The translations under genes and the position numbers were made by a program. A stretch of DNA of 63,999 nt, the filler included, from an uncultured Gemmatimonadota bacterium (GTDB lineage Bacteria > Blakebacterota > Blakebacteria > Blakebacterales > Blakebacteraceae), in assembly GCA_964576115.1 (NCBI GenBank). It is 4 parts of 4 records of this genome, joined end to end, with 100 filler letters (N's around TTAATTAATTAA, not from the genome) between each part and the next. Parts side by side here need not be neighbours in the genome. Positions count along the whole stretch, not along the records: positions 40,284 to 60,009 come from CAZNUA010000052.1; 3 more parts are not named here. One strand, 5' to 3'. This document shows, in pieces, positions 48,717 through 58,512 of the stretch; the first letter of the stretch is position 1, and every line of letters begins with the position of its first letter. A model generated the notes under the pieces. The model ran no database searches. It worked only from the letters and a program-made list of their open reading frames with translations, and had not been told where the DNA came from.

Positions 48717-48801
48717 AACAGAAGAGAACGAGAATCGGGAGCGTACGTGTATCGGGAGCGTACGTGTATCGGGAGCGTCTGTGAGTCGGGAGTGCACGTG
48801 A
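48700..48801 (+). repeat. 17-bp tandem repeat, 6 copies, spanning the gatA-gatB junction
   Basis: Consensus ATCGGGAGCGTACGTG(T/A). Clear copies start at 48734, 48751, 48768 and 48785; degenerate copies at 48700 and 48717. Confidence 0.88.
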
Positions 48802-50375
48802 AGCCGAAGCGCGACACAGATCCGTTCGAACCGGTCATCGGGCTGGAGATTCACGTCCAGCTGGCCACCGTTTCGAAGATGTTCTGCGCCTGCGCGGCCG
48901 GTTTCGGTGACCCGCCGAACAGCCGGGTCTGCCCGGTCTGCCTCGGTTTGCCGGGTGCTCTGCCGGTACCCAACGCCGCCGCGGTCGAGCAGGGCATCCG
49001 GATCGCACTGGCGCTGGACTGCAGCGTTGCTCCCGTGTCGCGGTTCGCACGCAAGAATTACTTCTACCCCGATCTGCCCAAGGGGTACCAGATCACCCAG
49101 TACACAGAACCTCTGGCCGTCGGCGGTCGTTTCACTCTGCCCGCCGCCGGGGAACGGCGATCCGAAGAGACCGGGCCGAAAATGGGTGACGAACGGGAAA
49201 TCGGAATCGTTCGGGTTCACCTCGAAGAGGATGCCGCTCGCAGTCTGCACGACTCTGCCCGCCATCGGGACGACGCCGCCGGGCAGGGAAGAACCCGGCT
49301 CGACTTCAATCGCAGCGGGGTGCCGCTGGCCGAGATCGTCACCGCCCCCGACATCCGCTCTCCCGACGAAGCCGAGCGTTTTCTGCGCGAACTGCACCGC
49401 CTGCTGCTTTTTCTCGGGGTAACCCGGGGCGGACTGGAAGAGGGCGCCCTGCGCTGCGATGCCAATGTCTCGCTCCGGCCCGTGACCGGCGACAGCAGTC
49501 AGGAACAAGGCGCGAAACGGGGCAGTGAAGGGGATGGTGGTGGGGACAGGGAAACAGGTGGGGAAAGAACCGAGTTGAAAAACCTCAATTCCTTCGCCGG
49601 GGTGCGCCGGGCGCTCGAGTATGAAATCGAACGGCAGCGCAGCTGCCTGGCAACCGGCGGTCGGATCGAACCGGCCACCCTGTTCTGGGATGAAAACCGG
49701 CGTGAGGCTATCCCGATGCGGGGCAAGGAAACGAGTGCCGATTACCGTTATTTTCCCGAACCGGATCTGCCTCCCCTGCACCTCGAACCGGCGCTGATCG
49801 CCGATCTGGCGGCGGCTCTGCCCGAACTCCCCCTGGCCCGGCAGAAACGTTATACGGGGCTGGGACTCGACCGCCGGACCGCCCATCTTCTGACCGCCGA
49901 GCCGGCTGTCGCCGGGTTTTTCGAAGACCTGCTTGCAGTGGGGCTCGGACCGGTCGAAGCCGCGGGATGGATGACAGGCGAGGTCCTGAGGTGGTTGAAT
50001 GAAAGCGGCGGGGAACTGGCCGATCTGCCGATCGAACCCGGTCAGATCCGGGAGGTGCAGGACCGGCTGGACGCCGGGGTGATCAACCGGGCCGGAGCCC
50101 GGACTCTTTTCAGACGGCTCTGTGACGGGTCGGGCGGGATCGAAGCCCTCATCGACGAACTGGAGCTGCGTCGGATCGACGATGACGAAACCCTGCGCCG
50201 GACGGCCCGGGAGGTGCTCGAAGCCCATCCCGACGAAACCGCCGCCTGGATTGCCGGACGGGACGAACTGACCGCTTTCTTCATGGGGCGGATCATGGAC
50301 CGGACCGGCGGTCGGGCCGAACCGCACCGAGCCCGCGAGATCCTGGCCGATATCCGGGCCGGAGGAAGCAAGTGA
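48798..50375 (+). CDS. gatB: Asp/Glu-tRNA amidotransferase subunit B
   Basis: 'IGLEIHVQL', 'CPVCLGLPGALP', 'RKNYFYPDLPKGYQITQ', 'HLEEDA', 'LRCDANVS' and 'DYRYFPEPDL'. Confidence 0.97.
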   Translation: MKPKRDTDPFEPVIGLEIHVQLATVSKMFCACAAGFGDPPNSRVCPVCLGLPGALPVPNAAAVEQGIRIALALDCSVAPVSRFARKNYFYPDLPKGYQITQYTEPLAVGGRFTLPAAGERRSEETGPKMGDEREIGIVRVHLEEDAARSLHDSARHRDDAAGQGRTRLDFNRSGVPLAEIVTAPDIRSPDEAERFLRELHRLLLFLGVTRGGLEEGALRCDANVSLRPVTGDSSQEQGAKRGSEGDGGGDRETGGERTELKNLNSFAGVRRALEYEIERQRSCLATGGRIEPATLFWDENRREAIPMRGKETSADYRYFPEPDLPPLHLEPALIADLAAALPELPLARQKRYTGLGLDRRTAHLLTAEPAVAGFFEDLLAVGLGPVEAAGWMTGEVLRWLNESGGELADLPIEPGQIREVQDRLDAGVINRAGARTLFRRLCDGSGGIEALIDELELRRIDDDETLRRTAREVLEAHPDETAAWIAGRDELTAFFMGRIMDRTGGRAEPHRAREILADIRAGGSK

Positions 50376-50968
50376 TGCGCACCATATGCCTGACAGGCGG
50401 GATCGCGAGCGGCAAATCGCTGGCAGCCGCGGTCTTCGAGAACCTGGGGGCCCGAGTTGTCAGGGCCGACGATCTGGCCCGCGAACTGATGACCGCTCCC
50501 GACCTCAGGGATGCCCTGACTCAAGCGCTGGGCACCTCGTACTACACCGCCGACGGCGAGCTCGACCGGGCTGCCCTGGCCGAGCGGCTTTTCTCCGATT
50601 CTGAAGCCCGCCAGGCCGTCAATGCCCTGGTGCATCCCCGGGTGTACGAGGCGATCAACCGGCAGGCTGCTTCCGCCGGCCCGACGTACGCCTGTTTCGT
50701 CGTCGAGACCGCTCTGGCGGTCGAGACCGGCTATGCCGACCGCTTCGAGATCGTTATAGTAGTCACCGCTCCCCGTGATGAGAGAGTGCGTCGGCTCATC
50801 GACCAGACAGGACTGACTGCCGCACAAGCCGAAACCCGGTTGGCGGCCCAGCTGCCGCAGTCCGTCCTTGTCGAGCGGGCCGACTATGTGATCGACAACG
50901 CCGGCACGATCGCCGAACTTGAGGATCGTGCCGCCGAACTTTACCGGGAAGTGTGCGCTCATGGATGA
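50372..50968 (+). CDS. coaE: Dephospho-CoA kinase
   Basis: '[10 protein letters not shown]', 'LDRAALA..F', 'VHPRV' and 'ADYVIDN'. Confidence 0.95.
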   Translation: MMRTICLTGGIASGKSLAAAVFENLGARVVRADDLARELMTAPDLRDALTQALGTSYYTADGELDRAALAERLFSDSEARQAVNALVHPRVYEAINRQAASAGPTYACFVVETALAVETGYADRFEIVIVVTAPRDERVRRLIDQTGLTAAQAETRLAAQLPQSVLVERADYVIDNAGTIAELEDRAAELYREVCAHG

Positions 50969-52511
50969 GAACGATCGAAACCGCCGCCTGAGGGAGATGA
51001 AGGAACGCGCCCGGGAGGGCGGGGGAGCCGAACGGATCGCCAAGCAGCACGAAAAGGGCAAGCTCACCGCCCGCGAGCGGCTCGATCTGCTGCTGGATCC
51101 CGGCACCTTCGTCGAGCAGGACATGTTCGTGACCCACCGCTCGACCGCCTTCGGCATGGAGGAACAGAAGATCCCCGGTGACGGGGTGGTCACCGGCTAC
51201 GGGCGGATCGACGGGCGGCTCGTTTTCGTTTTCAGCCAGGATTTCACCGTCTTCGGCGGTTCTCTTTCCGAAGCCCACGCCGAAAAAATCTGCAAGCTGA
51301 TGGACCAGGCCATGAAGGTCGGGGTGCCGGTGATCGGGCTCAACGACTCGGGCGGCGCCCGGATTCAGGAAGGCGTGGTGAGCCTGGGCGGATATGCCGA
51401 TATCTTTCTGCGCAACACCCTGGCCAGCGGGGTCGTGCCCCAGATCAGCGTGGTGATGGGGCCATGCGCCGGCGGAGCGGTCTACAGCCCGGCCATCACC
51501 GATTTCATCGTCATGGTCCGCAATACCTCCTACATGTTCGTGACCGGCCCCAACGTGGTCAAAACGGTCACCCACGAGGACGTCACTTTCGAACACCTGG
51601 GCGGTGCCGATACGCACGCCACCACCTCGGGTGTGGCTCAGTTCGCGAGCGACACCGAGGTCGAGGCGCTCGAGACGGTCCGGACCCTGGTTGGTTATAT
51701 CCCCTCCAACAACCGGGAGGATCCTCCCCGGGGACCCACTGAGGATCCCGCCGACCGCGCCGACGTCGAACTCGACACGCTGGTGCCCGAGAATCCCAAC
51801 AAGCCCTACGACATGCACGAGGTGATCCGGCGGACCGCGGATCACGGCGAATTCCTCGAGGTCCACCGCGATTACGGCCGCAACATCATCGTCGGCTTCG
51901 CCCGTTTCGGTTCGCGCCCGGTCGGGATCGTCGCCAACCAGCCGGCTGAACTGGCCGGAGTGCTCGATATCGCCGCCTCGCTCAAGGGAGCCCGCTTCAT
52001 CCGTTTCTGCGATGCCTTCAACATTCCCCTGGTGACCTTCGAGGACGTTCCCGGCTTCCTGCCCGGCACCGAACAGGAGCACGGCGGTATCATCAAGCAC
52101 GGCGCCAAACTGCTCTATGCCTACTGCGAGGCCACCGTGCCGAAGATCACGATCATTACCCGCAAGGCCTACGGCGGGGCGTACGATGTGATGAACTCCA
52201 AGCACATCCGCGGCGATGTGAATCTGGCCTGGCCCACCGCCGAAATCGCTGTCATGGGCCCGAAGGGAGCGGTGGAGATCATCTTCCGCAAGGAGATCGC
52301 AGAGGACGAAGACCCCGAGGCGGCCACCGAGCAGAAAGTGGATGAATACCGCGAGACCTTCGCCAATCCCTATATCGCCGCCCAGCGCGGCTACCTGGAC
52401 GACATCATCGAACCGCGCACCACCCGACGCCGGATCATCGAATCGCTTATCATGCTCGACACCAAAGTCGACGCCAATCCCGCCAAAAAGCACGGGAACA
52501 TCCCCCTCTGA
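50961..52511 (+). CDS. pccB: Acyl-CoA carboxylase carboxyltransferase beta subunit (PccB/MmdA type)
   Basis: 'KGKLTARER', '[10 protein letters not shown]', '[11 protein letters not shown]', 'DVPGFLPG', 'RKAYGGAY' and 'KKHGNIPL'. Confidence 0.93.
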   Translation: MDENDRNRRLREMKERAREGGGAERIAKQHEKGKLTARERLDLLLDPGTFVEQDMFVTHRSTAFGMEEQKIPGDGVVTGYGRIDGRLVFVFSQDFTVFGGSLSEAHAEKICKLMDQAMKVGVPVIGLNDSGGARIQEGVVSLGGYADIFLRNTLASGVVPQISVVMGPCAGGAVYSPAITDFIVMVRNTSYMFVTGPNVVKTVTHEDVTFEHLGGADTHATTSGVAQFASDTEVEALETVRTLVGYIPSNNREDPPRGPTEDPADRADVELDTLVPENPNKPYDMHEVIRRTADHGEFLEVHRDYGRNIIVGFARFGSRPVGIVANQPAELAGVLDIAASLKGARFIRFCDAFNIPLVTFEDVPGFLPGTEQEHGGIIKHGAKLLYAYCEATVPKITIITRKAYGGAYDVMNSKHIRGDVNLAWPTAEIAVMGPKGAVEIIFRKEIAEDEDPEAATEQKVDEYRETFANPYIAAQRGYLDDIIEPRTTRRRIIESLIMLDTKVDANPAKKHGNIPL

Positions 52512-52525
52512 CAGGAGATCCTCCA

Positions 52526-54310
52526 GTGACCAGCCCCCGCGCTCGCCTGCCCTTCGCTCTGCACCCGCCCGCCCATCCGCCGCTTGACAGACGCCTGTTC
52601 TCCCGTCTCCCGTTCTCCCGGCGCCAGCTCGACCGACGCCCGTTCTCCCGGCGGCCGCTGCTCACCCTGTCCGCTTTCGCTCTCTGTCTCGCCCTCGGTC
52701 TGCCGGATGCGGCCTCTGCCCAGCCTGTCGTCCAGACCGGAGATCTGCCCCTGACCGTGGCCGAGGCCTCGGATTTCACCCGCACCGCCACCTACGACGA
52801 CGTCGTGGCCTGGCTCGGCACCCTGCAGTCGCTGGGGGCCGAGTTCACCGTGATGTGGCAGGGTGAGACGACCGAGGGACGGCCGATGCCCCTGGTGATC
52901 GTCTCGCGTCCCCTGATCACCGATCCGGCCGAGGCCCACGCCTCCGGCAAACCGATCCTCTTCCTGCAGGCCAACATCCACGCCGGCGAGGTCGAGGGCA
53001 AAGACGCCATGCTGATGTTCCTGCGCGATGTCACCCTGGGGGCCGAACGGGCCCTGCTCGACGACGTCATCCTGCTCATCGATCCCATCCACAACCCCGA
53101 CGGGAACGAGAAATGGGCTCCGGTGGCCCGCAACCGGCGCGGCCAGGACGGTCCCGAAGAGGTCGGTATCCGCTACAACGGCATGGGGCTGGACCTGAAC
53201 CGCGATTACGTCAAGGCGGGTGCGCCGGAAACGCGGAACACGATGAACGCCGTTCTCAATGTCTGGCACCCCCACCTGTTCGTGGACATGCACACCACCA
53301 ACGGCTCGCGGCATGGCTACGACCTGACGTATGCCGCCCCGATGACCCCGACCGCTCCCCCCCAACCGGTGGCCTGGACCAACGAGGTGCTGCTGCCCGA
53401 GATCAGGCGGCGGACGGCCGAGCGCGGTCACCCCATGTTCGATTACGGCAACCACGACCGGGGCAATCCCCCGACCAGCTGGAGAACCTTCGGCTGGCAG
53501 CCGCGCTATGCGTCGAATTACATGGGCATACGCGGCATGATCAGCATCCTGAGCGAAGCCGTGTCCTACCGACCCTTCCGCACCCGCCTGAGCGCTACCT
53601 ACTGGCTGGTGCGCGAGATCACCGATTATATGGGCCAACACGCCGCCGAGGTCCTGGCCCTGTTGCGCGAGAGCGAGCGGCAGGTCGTGGCCTGGGGCAC
53701 CGATCCCGCTTCGGCCCCCGAACTGGGAGTGGACTTCGAACTGCGCAGCCGGGGGCGGGAGATGGTCACCTACGAGGTCATGACCCCGCCCGAAGATCCG
53801 AGCGATCGCCGGGCTCGGGGCACCTACACCGGCGAGATCCGTGAAGCCGAGATGGAGGTCATGACGGTTTTCGAACCTGTCGGAACCAGACCCTTCCCGG
53901 CCGGCTATGTCATCCCGGTGGCCTTCCCCGAGGCGATCGAACTGCTGCGGCTGCACGGTATCAGAGTGGAACAGTTCCTTGCGCCGTGGGAGGGGGAGGT
54001 TGGTGTTTTCCGCATTGAGACTCTGACCGTGCAGGAACGTCCCTACCAGGGACACCGGATGGTGTTGCTGGAGGGGGAGTACCGGACCGAGACCCGGGGA
54101 GTCAACGCCGGCGATTACTGGGTCAGTACCGCCCAGCCGCTCGGGGCCCTGGTCTTCACCCTGCTCGAACCTGAGATCGACGACAGCCTGTTCACCTGGA
54201 ACCTCTTCGATCGCAGTCTTTCGGAGGGACGCGATTCGCCGGTCCTCAAGCTGATGCAAGTCCCCGCAGCGGCCCGTACCGGTCTGCCCGGACCTGGTGA
54301 GTCGCGTTAG
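52526..54310 (+). CDS. Secreted M14-family zinc carboxypeptidase
   Basis: Signal peptide ending ASA-Q, zinc motif 'IHAGE', plus 'NPDG', 'DLNRD' and 'DMHT'. Confidence 0.9.
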   Translation: MTSPRARLPFALHPPAHPPLDRRLFSRLPFSRRQLDRRPFSRRPLLTLSAFALCLALGLPDAASAQPVVQTGDLPLTVAEASDFTRTATYDDVVAWLGTLQSLGAEFTVMWQGETTEGRPMPLVIVSRPLITDPAEAHASGKPILFLQANIHAGEVEGKDAMLMFLRDVTLGAERALLDDVILLIDPIHNPDGNEKWAPVARNRRGQDGPEEVGIRYNGMGLDLNRDYVKAGAPETRNTMNAVLNVWHPHLFVDMHTTNGSRHGYDLTYAAPMTPTAPPQPVAWTNEVLLPEIRRRTAERGHPMFDYGNHDRGNPPTSWRTFGWQPRYASNYMGIRGMISILSEAVSYRPFRTRLSATYWLVREITDYMGQHAAEVLALLRESERQVVAWGTDPASAPELGVDFELRSRGREMVTYEVMTPPEDPSDRRARGTYTGEIREAEMEVMTVFEPVGTRPFPAGYVIPVAFPEAIELLRLHGIRVEQFLAPWEGEVGVFRIETLTVQERPYQGHRMVLLEGEYRTETRGVNAGDYWVSTAQPLGALVFTLLEPEIDDSLFTWNLFDRSLSEGRDSPVLKLMQVPAAARTGLPGPGESR

Positions 54311-54450
54311 AGGTGCCTCAGGTTCCCGGGTTCGCAAAATCGGATGCGGCGCAACCCGGGACCGAAGCGAGATAAAGAGAGAACGCGGCCGCGGCGTTGC
54401 CTGAGAGGGTATGCGCCGGAGAGCCCGAAACGTCATAGAGGGAGCACTTC

Positions 54451-55605
54451 ATGAAGAACCTCGCCGAAATCCCTGAGCGACTGCTGATGGGCCCGGGCCC
54501 GAGCAATGTCAGCCCGGCTGTGCTCGACGCCCTGTCCCGGCCCACCATCGGTCACCTCGACCCCGAATTCCTGGCCGTCATGGACAGTCTGCAGGAGATG
54601 CTGCGCGAAGTACTGCAGACCGGCAATCCCTTCACCATCGCCGTCTCGGGCACCGGGAGCGCGGCCATGGAAGCCGCGGTCGACAACCTGGTCGAACCGG
54701 GGGACCGGGTCGTGGTCGGCGTCAACGGCGTTTTCGGAACCCGGCTGGTGGAGATGGCCCGGCGGGCCGGAGCCGAGGTCGAACCGATCGAAATCGAATG
54801 GGGCCGGCCGATCCCCCTCGAGGCGGTCGAGACGGCCCTGCAGGCTGCGCCGACCGCCCTGGTAATGGTCGTGCACGGTGAGACCTCGACCGGGGTGCAG
54901 CAGCCCCTCGAAGGGCTGGGAGCGCTGTGCCGCGAGAACGGTGCCTTGCTGCTGATCGACTGTGTCACCAGTCTGGGCGGCGTGCCGGTCGCGCTGGACG
55001 ACTGGCAGGTGGATGCCTGTTACTCGGGAACCCAGAAGTGCCTCTCGGTTCCCCCCGGACTGGCGCCCCTGAGCTTCTCGGACCGCGCTCGCGAAAAGCT
55101 GGCCGGACGCAGCGCGCCGGTCTCGTCGTGGTATCTCGACATGAGTCTGGTGGCTGACTACTGGAGCGCCGACCGCCGCTACCATCACACCGCCCCGATC
55201 AACATGGTCTACGCCCTGCACGAGGGCCTGCGCAGTGTGCTGGCCGAGGGGCTGGAGAACCGCTGGGAGAGGCACCGGCGCCACGCCGCTGCGGTCCAGG
55301 CCGGTCTGCAGGCGCTCGGCTGGGAGCTCTTCGTCGAAGAGGCCTGGCGGCTGGCGCCGCTCACGACCGTGATCCCCGCTCAGGGAATCGACGAAAAAGA
55401 CCTGCGCCGCCGCCTGCTCGAGGAGTTCGGAATCGAGATCGGGGGTGGTCTGGGCCCGCTGGCCGGGAAGGTCGTCCGGGTCGGCCTGATGGGTGAATCG
55501 AGCCGACCGGAGAACGTCCTGCGGTTCCTCGAGGCGGTCGAGACCGTCACCGGAGCGCCGGCGGGTGAAGCCACCGGAGCGGCCGAGTCCGTTCTGCAGA
55601 GCTGA
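54451..55605 (+). CDS. Alanine--glyoxylate / serine--pyruvate aminotransferase (class V)
   Basis: 'LLMGPGPSNV', 'SGTGSAAMEA', 'HGETSTGV', PLP-Lys 'GTQKCL', and 'YHHTAP'. Confidence 0.95.
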   Translation: MKNLAEIPERLLMGPGPSNVSPAVLDALSRPTIGHLDPEFLAVMDSLQEMLREVLQTGNPFTIAVSGTGSAAMEAAVDNLVEPGDRVVVGVNGVFGTRLVEMARRAGAEVEPIEIEWGRPIPLEAVETALQAAPTALVMVVHGETSTGVQQPLEGLGALCRENGALLLIDCVTSLGGVPVALDDWQVDACYSGTQKCLSVPPGLAPLSFSDRAREKLAGRSAPVSSWYLDMSLVADYWSADRRYHHTAPINMVYALHEGLRSVLAEGLENRWERHRRHAAAVQAGLQALGWELFVEEAWRLAPLTTVIPAQGIDEKDLRRRLLEEFGIEIGGGLGPLAGKVVRVGLMGESSRPENVLRFLEAVETVTGAPAGEATGAAESVLQS

Positions 55606-55618
55606 GAGCGAGAGACTC

Positions 55619-57178
55619 GTGTCGCGCAAGCCCCTGTTTTCGAAAGTCCTGGTCGCCAACCGGGGCGAGATAGCCATCCGGATCTTCCGGACCTGTCATG
55701 AGATCGGTATCGATACGGTGGCGGTCTACAGCGATGCCGACGCCCTGGCGCCGCATCGGGCCGAGGCGCGCCAGGCCTTCCGGATCGGTCCGGCCCCGGC
55801 AGGCGAGTCCTATCTGGCGGTCGACCGCATTCTCGAAGCCGCCGCGCAGAGCGGGGCCGAGGCGATCCACCCCGGGTACGGCTTTCTGGCCGAAAACGCC
55901 GATTTCGCCGAGGCCGTACAGACGGCAGGACTGGTCTGGATCGGTCCGCCCCCAGAGGCCATGCGCCTGCTCGGAGATAAGACGGCGGCCCGCAAGATGG
56001 CCGCCGACCAGGCGGTACCGGTGGTCCCCGGCACTCCCGGGCCGGTCCGCGGGATCGACGAGGCCCGCCCCGCGGCTGCCGGAATAGGTTATCCGGTTCT
56101 GCTCAAGGCCGCCGCCGGCGGGGGGGGCAAGGGCATGCGGGTGGTCGAAGCCGAGGAGGACCTGGAGAAGGCGCTGAAAATGGCGGGCAGCGAGGCCCGG
56201 TCGGCCTTCGGTGACGATGCGGTCTACATCGAAAAGTACCTGGAACGGCCCCGGCACGTCGAGGTGCAGATCATGGCCGACGCTCATGGTACATGCGTCT
56301 GGCTCGGCGAGCGGGAGTGCAGCGTGCAACGACGCCATCAGAAGATCATCGAGGAATCTCCCAGCCCGGTTCTGACGCCGCAGATACGACGCGAGATGGG
56401 TGAGGCTGCCGTTCGGCTGGCCTCCGCCGCCGGATACCGGGGGGCGGGGACGGTGGAGTATCTGCTCGAGGGTGACAGTTTCTACTTTCTCGAGGTCAAC
56501 GCTCGTCTGCAGGTGGAACATCCGGTCACAGAAATGGTCACCGGCCGCGATCTGGTGCACGATCAGCTCCTGATCGCCGCCGGCCAATCTCTCGGATATG
56601 ACCAGGAGGACATCCAACCCACGGGTCATGCCATCGAAGTGCGCCTGTACGCCGAGGATCCCGATAACAATTTCTATCCCGCCCCGGGAATCATCACCGC
56701 TGTCGATCCGGCCTCGGGGCCCGGTATCCGGCATGACAGCGGCGTGGGCACCGGGAGCGAGGTGACCCTGCATTACGATCCCCTGATCGCCAAGCTGATC
56801 GCCTGGGCTCCCGACCGATCGCGGGCGATCAGACGTCTGCGCCGGGCCCTGACCGAATACCAGATCGCCGGAGTGACGACGATCCTGCCCTTCCTGCGCG
56901 AGATCCTGCTGTACGAACCGTTCGAATCGGGGCGCTATGACACGACCATCGTCCCCCGGATGATGGAGGAGCGCCGGCGCCAGATCGCCGAAAAAGCTCT
57001 TTCGGGACCCGCCGCCGAAGAGGATCACTACGCCTTTGTGGCGGCGGTGGCAACGGCCCTGTTTCACGTCGGCCGCAGCGGCGGTTTTCTGGGCGATGAC
57101 GGCGGATCGGGCCCGGCGCCGCCGGCCGCGTCGGCCTGGAAAGAGCAGGGGAGGAGGCTCGAGTTATGGCGGAGGTAA
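55619..57178 (+). CDS. accC: Biotin carboxylase subunit (AccC/PccA type)
   Basis: 'ANRGEIA', 'HPGYGFLAEN', 'GGGGKGMR', 'ERECSVQRRHQK', 'RLQVEHPVTE' and 'YDPLIAKLI'. Confidence 0.93.
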   Translation: MSRKPLFSKVLVANRGEIAIRIFRTCHEIGIDTVAVYSDADALAPHRAEARQAFRIGPAPAGESYLAVDRILEAAAQSGAEAIHPGYGFLAENADFAEAVQTAGLVWIGPPPEAMRLLGDKTAARKMAADQAVPVVPGTPGPVRGIDEARPAAAGIGYPVLLKAAAGGGGKGMRVVEAEEDLEKALKMAGSEARSAFGDDAVYIEKYLERPRHVEVQIMADAHGTCVWLGERECSVQRRHQKIIEESPSPVLTPQIRREMGEAAVRLASAAGYRGAGTVEYLLEGDSFYFLEVNARLQVEHPVTEMVTGRDLVHDQLLIAAGQSLGYDQEDIQPTGHAIEVRLYAEDPDNNFYPAPGIITAVDPASGPGIRHDSGVGTGSEVTLHYDPLIAKLIAWAPDRSRAIRRLRRALTEYQIAGVTTILPFLREILLYEPFESGRYDTTIVPRMMEERRRQIAEKALSGPAAEEDHYAFVAAVATALFHVGRSGGFLGDDGGSGPAPPAASAWKEQGRRLELWRR

Positions 57179-57714
57179 TCTGGGCCGTCAGTCTCGGGGG
57201 ACAGGTCTTCGAGCTCGAACTGCATTCCACCGCCCGGGAGGGCGTCTGGGACCTGGAACTGTCCGGGACCGGAGCCGGTTCGGGCCGCACCCCGGTCTCC
57301 CTGCGGCACGTGCACGGCAGCAAGTATCTGATCAGCCTCGGTAACAGAACTGCACCGATTTTCCTCAATCGGTGCGATGAAGGGTATCACACCGTTCTCT
57401 ATGGGCACGATTTCACCGCCGCGGTCGAGGAAGCCCGGCTTTTCAACCTGAAGCAGGAAATGGCCGCTCGCAAAGGCACCGACGGTCCGGTTGAGGTCAC
57501 CGCCCCCATGCCGGGGCTCGTGCTGACGGTCGAGGTGGCTGTCGACGACCGGGTCGAGGAAGGCGACGGACTGCTGGTGGTGGAATCGATGAAGATGGAG
57601 AACGAGGTCAGGTCGCCGTCCGCCGGAATCGTGAAAGCCATTGCGGTCGAACAAGGCCAGACGGTGGACAGGGGCGCCGTGATGATGAAAATCGTTCCCG
57701 CCGAGGATAGCTGA
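57166..57714 (+). CDS. Biotin carboxyl carrier protein
   Basis: 'APMPGLV' and the biotinylation motif 'ESMKMENE'. Confidence 0.92.
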   Translation: MAEVIWAVSLGGQVFELELHSTAREGVWDLELSGTGAGSGRTPVSLRHVHGSKYLISLGNRTAPIFLNRCDEGYHTVLYGHDFTAAVEEARLFNLKQEMAARKGTDGPVEVTAPMPGLVLTVEVAVDDRVEEGDGLLVVESMKMENEVRSPSAGIVKAIAVEQGQTVDRGAVMMKIVPAEDS

Positions 57715-57730
57715 GACCTGCGCTCCGGAC

Positions 57731-57759
57731 TTGCGCCGATTCGTTTAGCCTTCTAACTT
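57731..57759 (+). promoter_or_regulatory. Candidate sigma-70 promoter of the rimP-nusA operon
   Basis: TTGCGC-17 nt-TAACTT in an AT-rich patch. Confidence 0.45.
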
Positions 57760-57984
57760 TATTTAACTCGCCCGGATTGCTGACCCGACCGGGACTCTCC
57801 GATCTGAACGGAGACGATTGGCCGGCGGGTCGGGGATCTCCGCCAGCATGTACGAACCGATTTGAGGTTTCGTTCACCCTAAACCCGGAGATCCTCGGAG
57901 TGCAGCCGTCGGCCGGTGTCTGGACCGGCCGGGGACTGTGCCGAGCATCGGGGAGGAGTGTTTCGAAAAGGGAGGCCCCGACCG

Positions 57985-58485
57985 GTGGAAACCGGAGCCT
58001 GGACCGACCGGATCGAGGCGCATATCGCCAATGCCCTCGCTCTGGAAGATGACATCGAAGTTGTAGAAACGATCCTGCCGGCCAAAGCGGCCGGCGGCCG
58101 GATCGCGATCTACATCTATCGGACCGACGGGGTCCGGGTGGAAGACTGCGCCCGTATCAATCGGCGCCTTTCACGCGATTTCGAACACGATCCCGAACTC
58201 GCCGGGCGATTCGCGATCGAAGTCTCCTCGCCGGGGCTCGATCGCAAACTCACCACCCGCCGCGACTTCGAACGCGCGGTCGGTGAACTCCTGCGTCTGG
58301 TGATAGCCGGCGAGGAGGAAGATACGACCATACGTCACGGGATCCTGACCGACGTCGGGGACGATTACCTGCTGCTCGATCCGAGCCCCGAAGATGGGCA
58401 CGGAAAGGGCGCCGGTGTTTCCCGGGAGCCGTTCCGGATTCCCCTGGAGACCGTTCGGGAGGGGACGATCGAGATCGTTCTGTAG
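57985..58485 (+). CDS. rimP: Ribosome maturation factor RimP
   Basis: 'GVRVEDCARI' and 'IEVSSPGLDRKL..DFER', upstream of nusA. GTG 57985 follows GGGAGG. Confidence 0.9.
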   Translation: METGAWTDRIEAHIANALALEDDIEVVETILPAKAAGGRIAIYIYRTDGVRVEDCARINRRLSRDFEHDPELAGRFAIEVSSPGLDRKLTTRRDFERAVGELLRLVIAGEEEDTTIRHGILTDVGDDYLLLDPSPEDGHGKGAGVSREPFRIPLETVREGTIEIVL

Positions 58486-58512
58486 CGACGTCCCCGACCG
58501 GCTGGAGGATGC

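Noticed and set aside
54311-54450. Glycine riboswitch upstream of the aminotransferase
   Set aside because: Short words resembling the aptamer (CTCAGG, CCGAAG, GGAGAG) occur in the wrong order, and the aptamer fold cannot be built.
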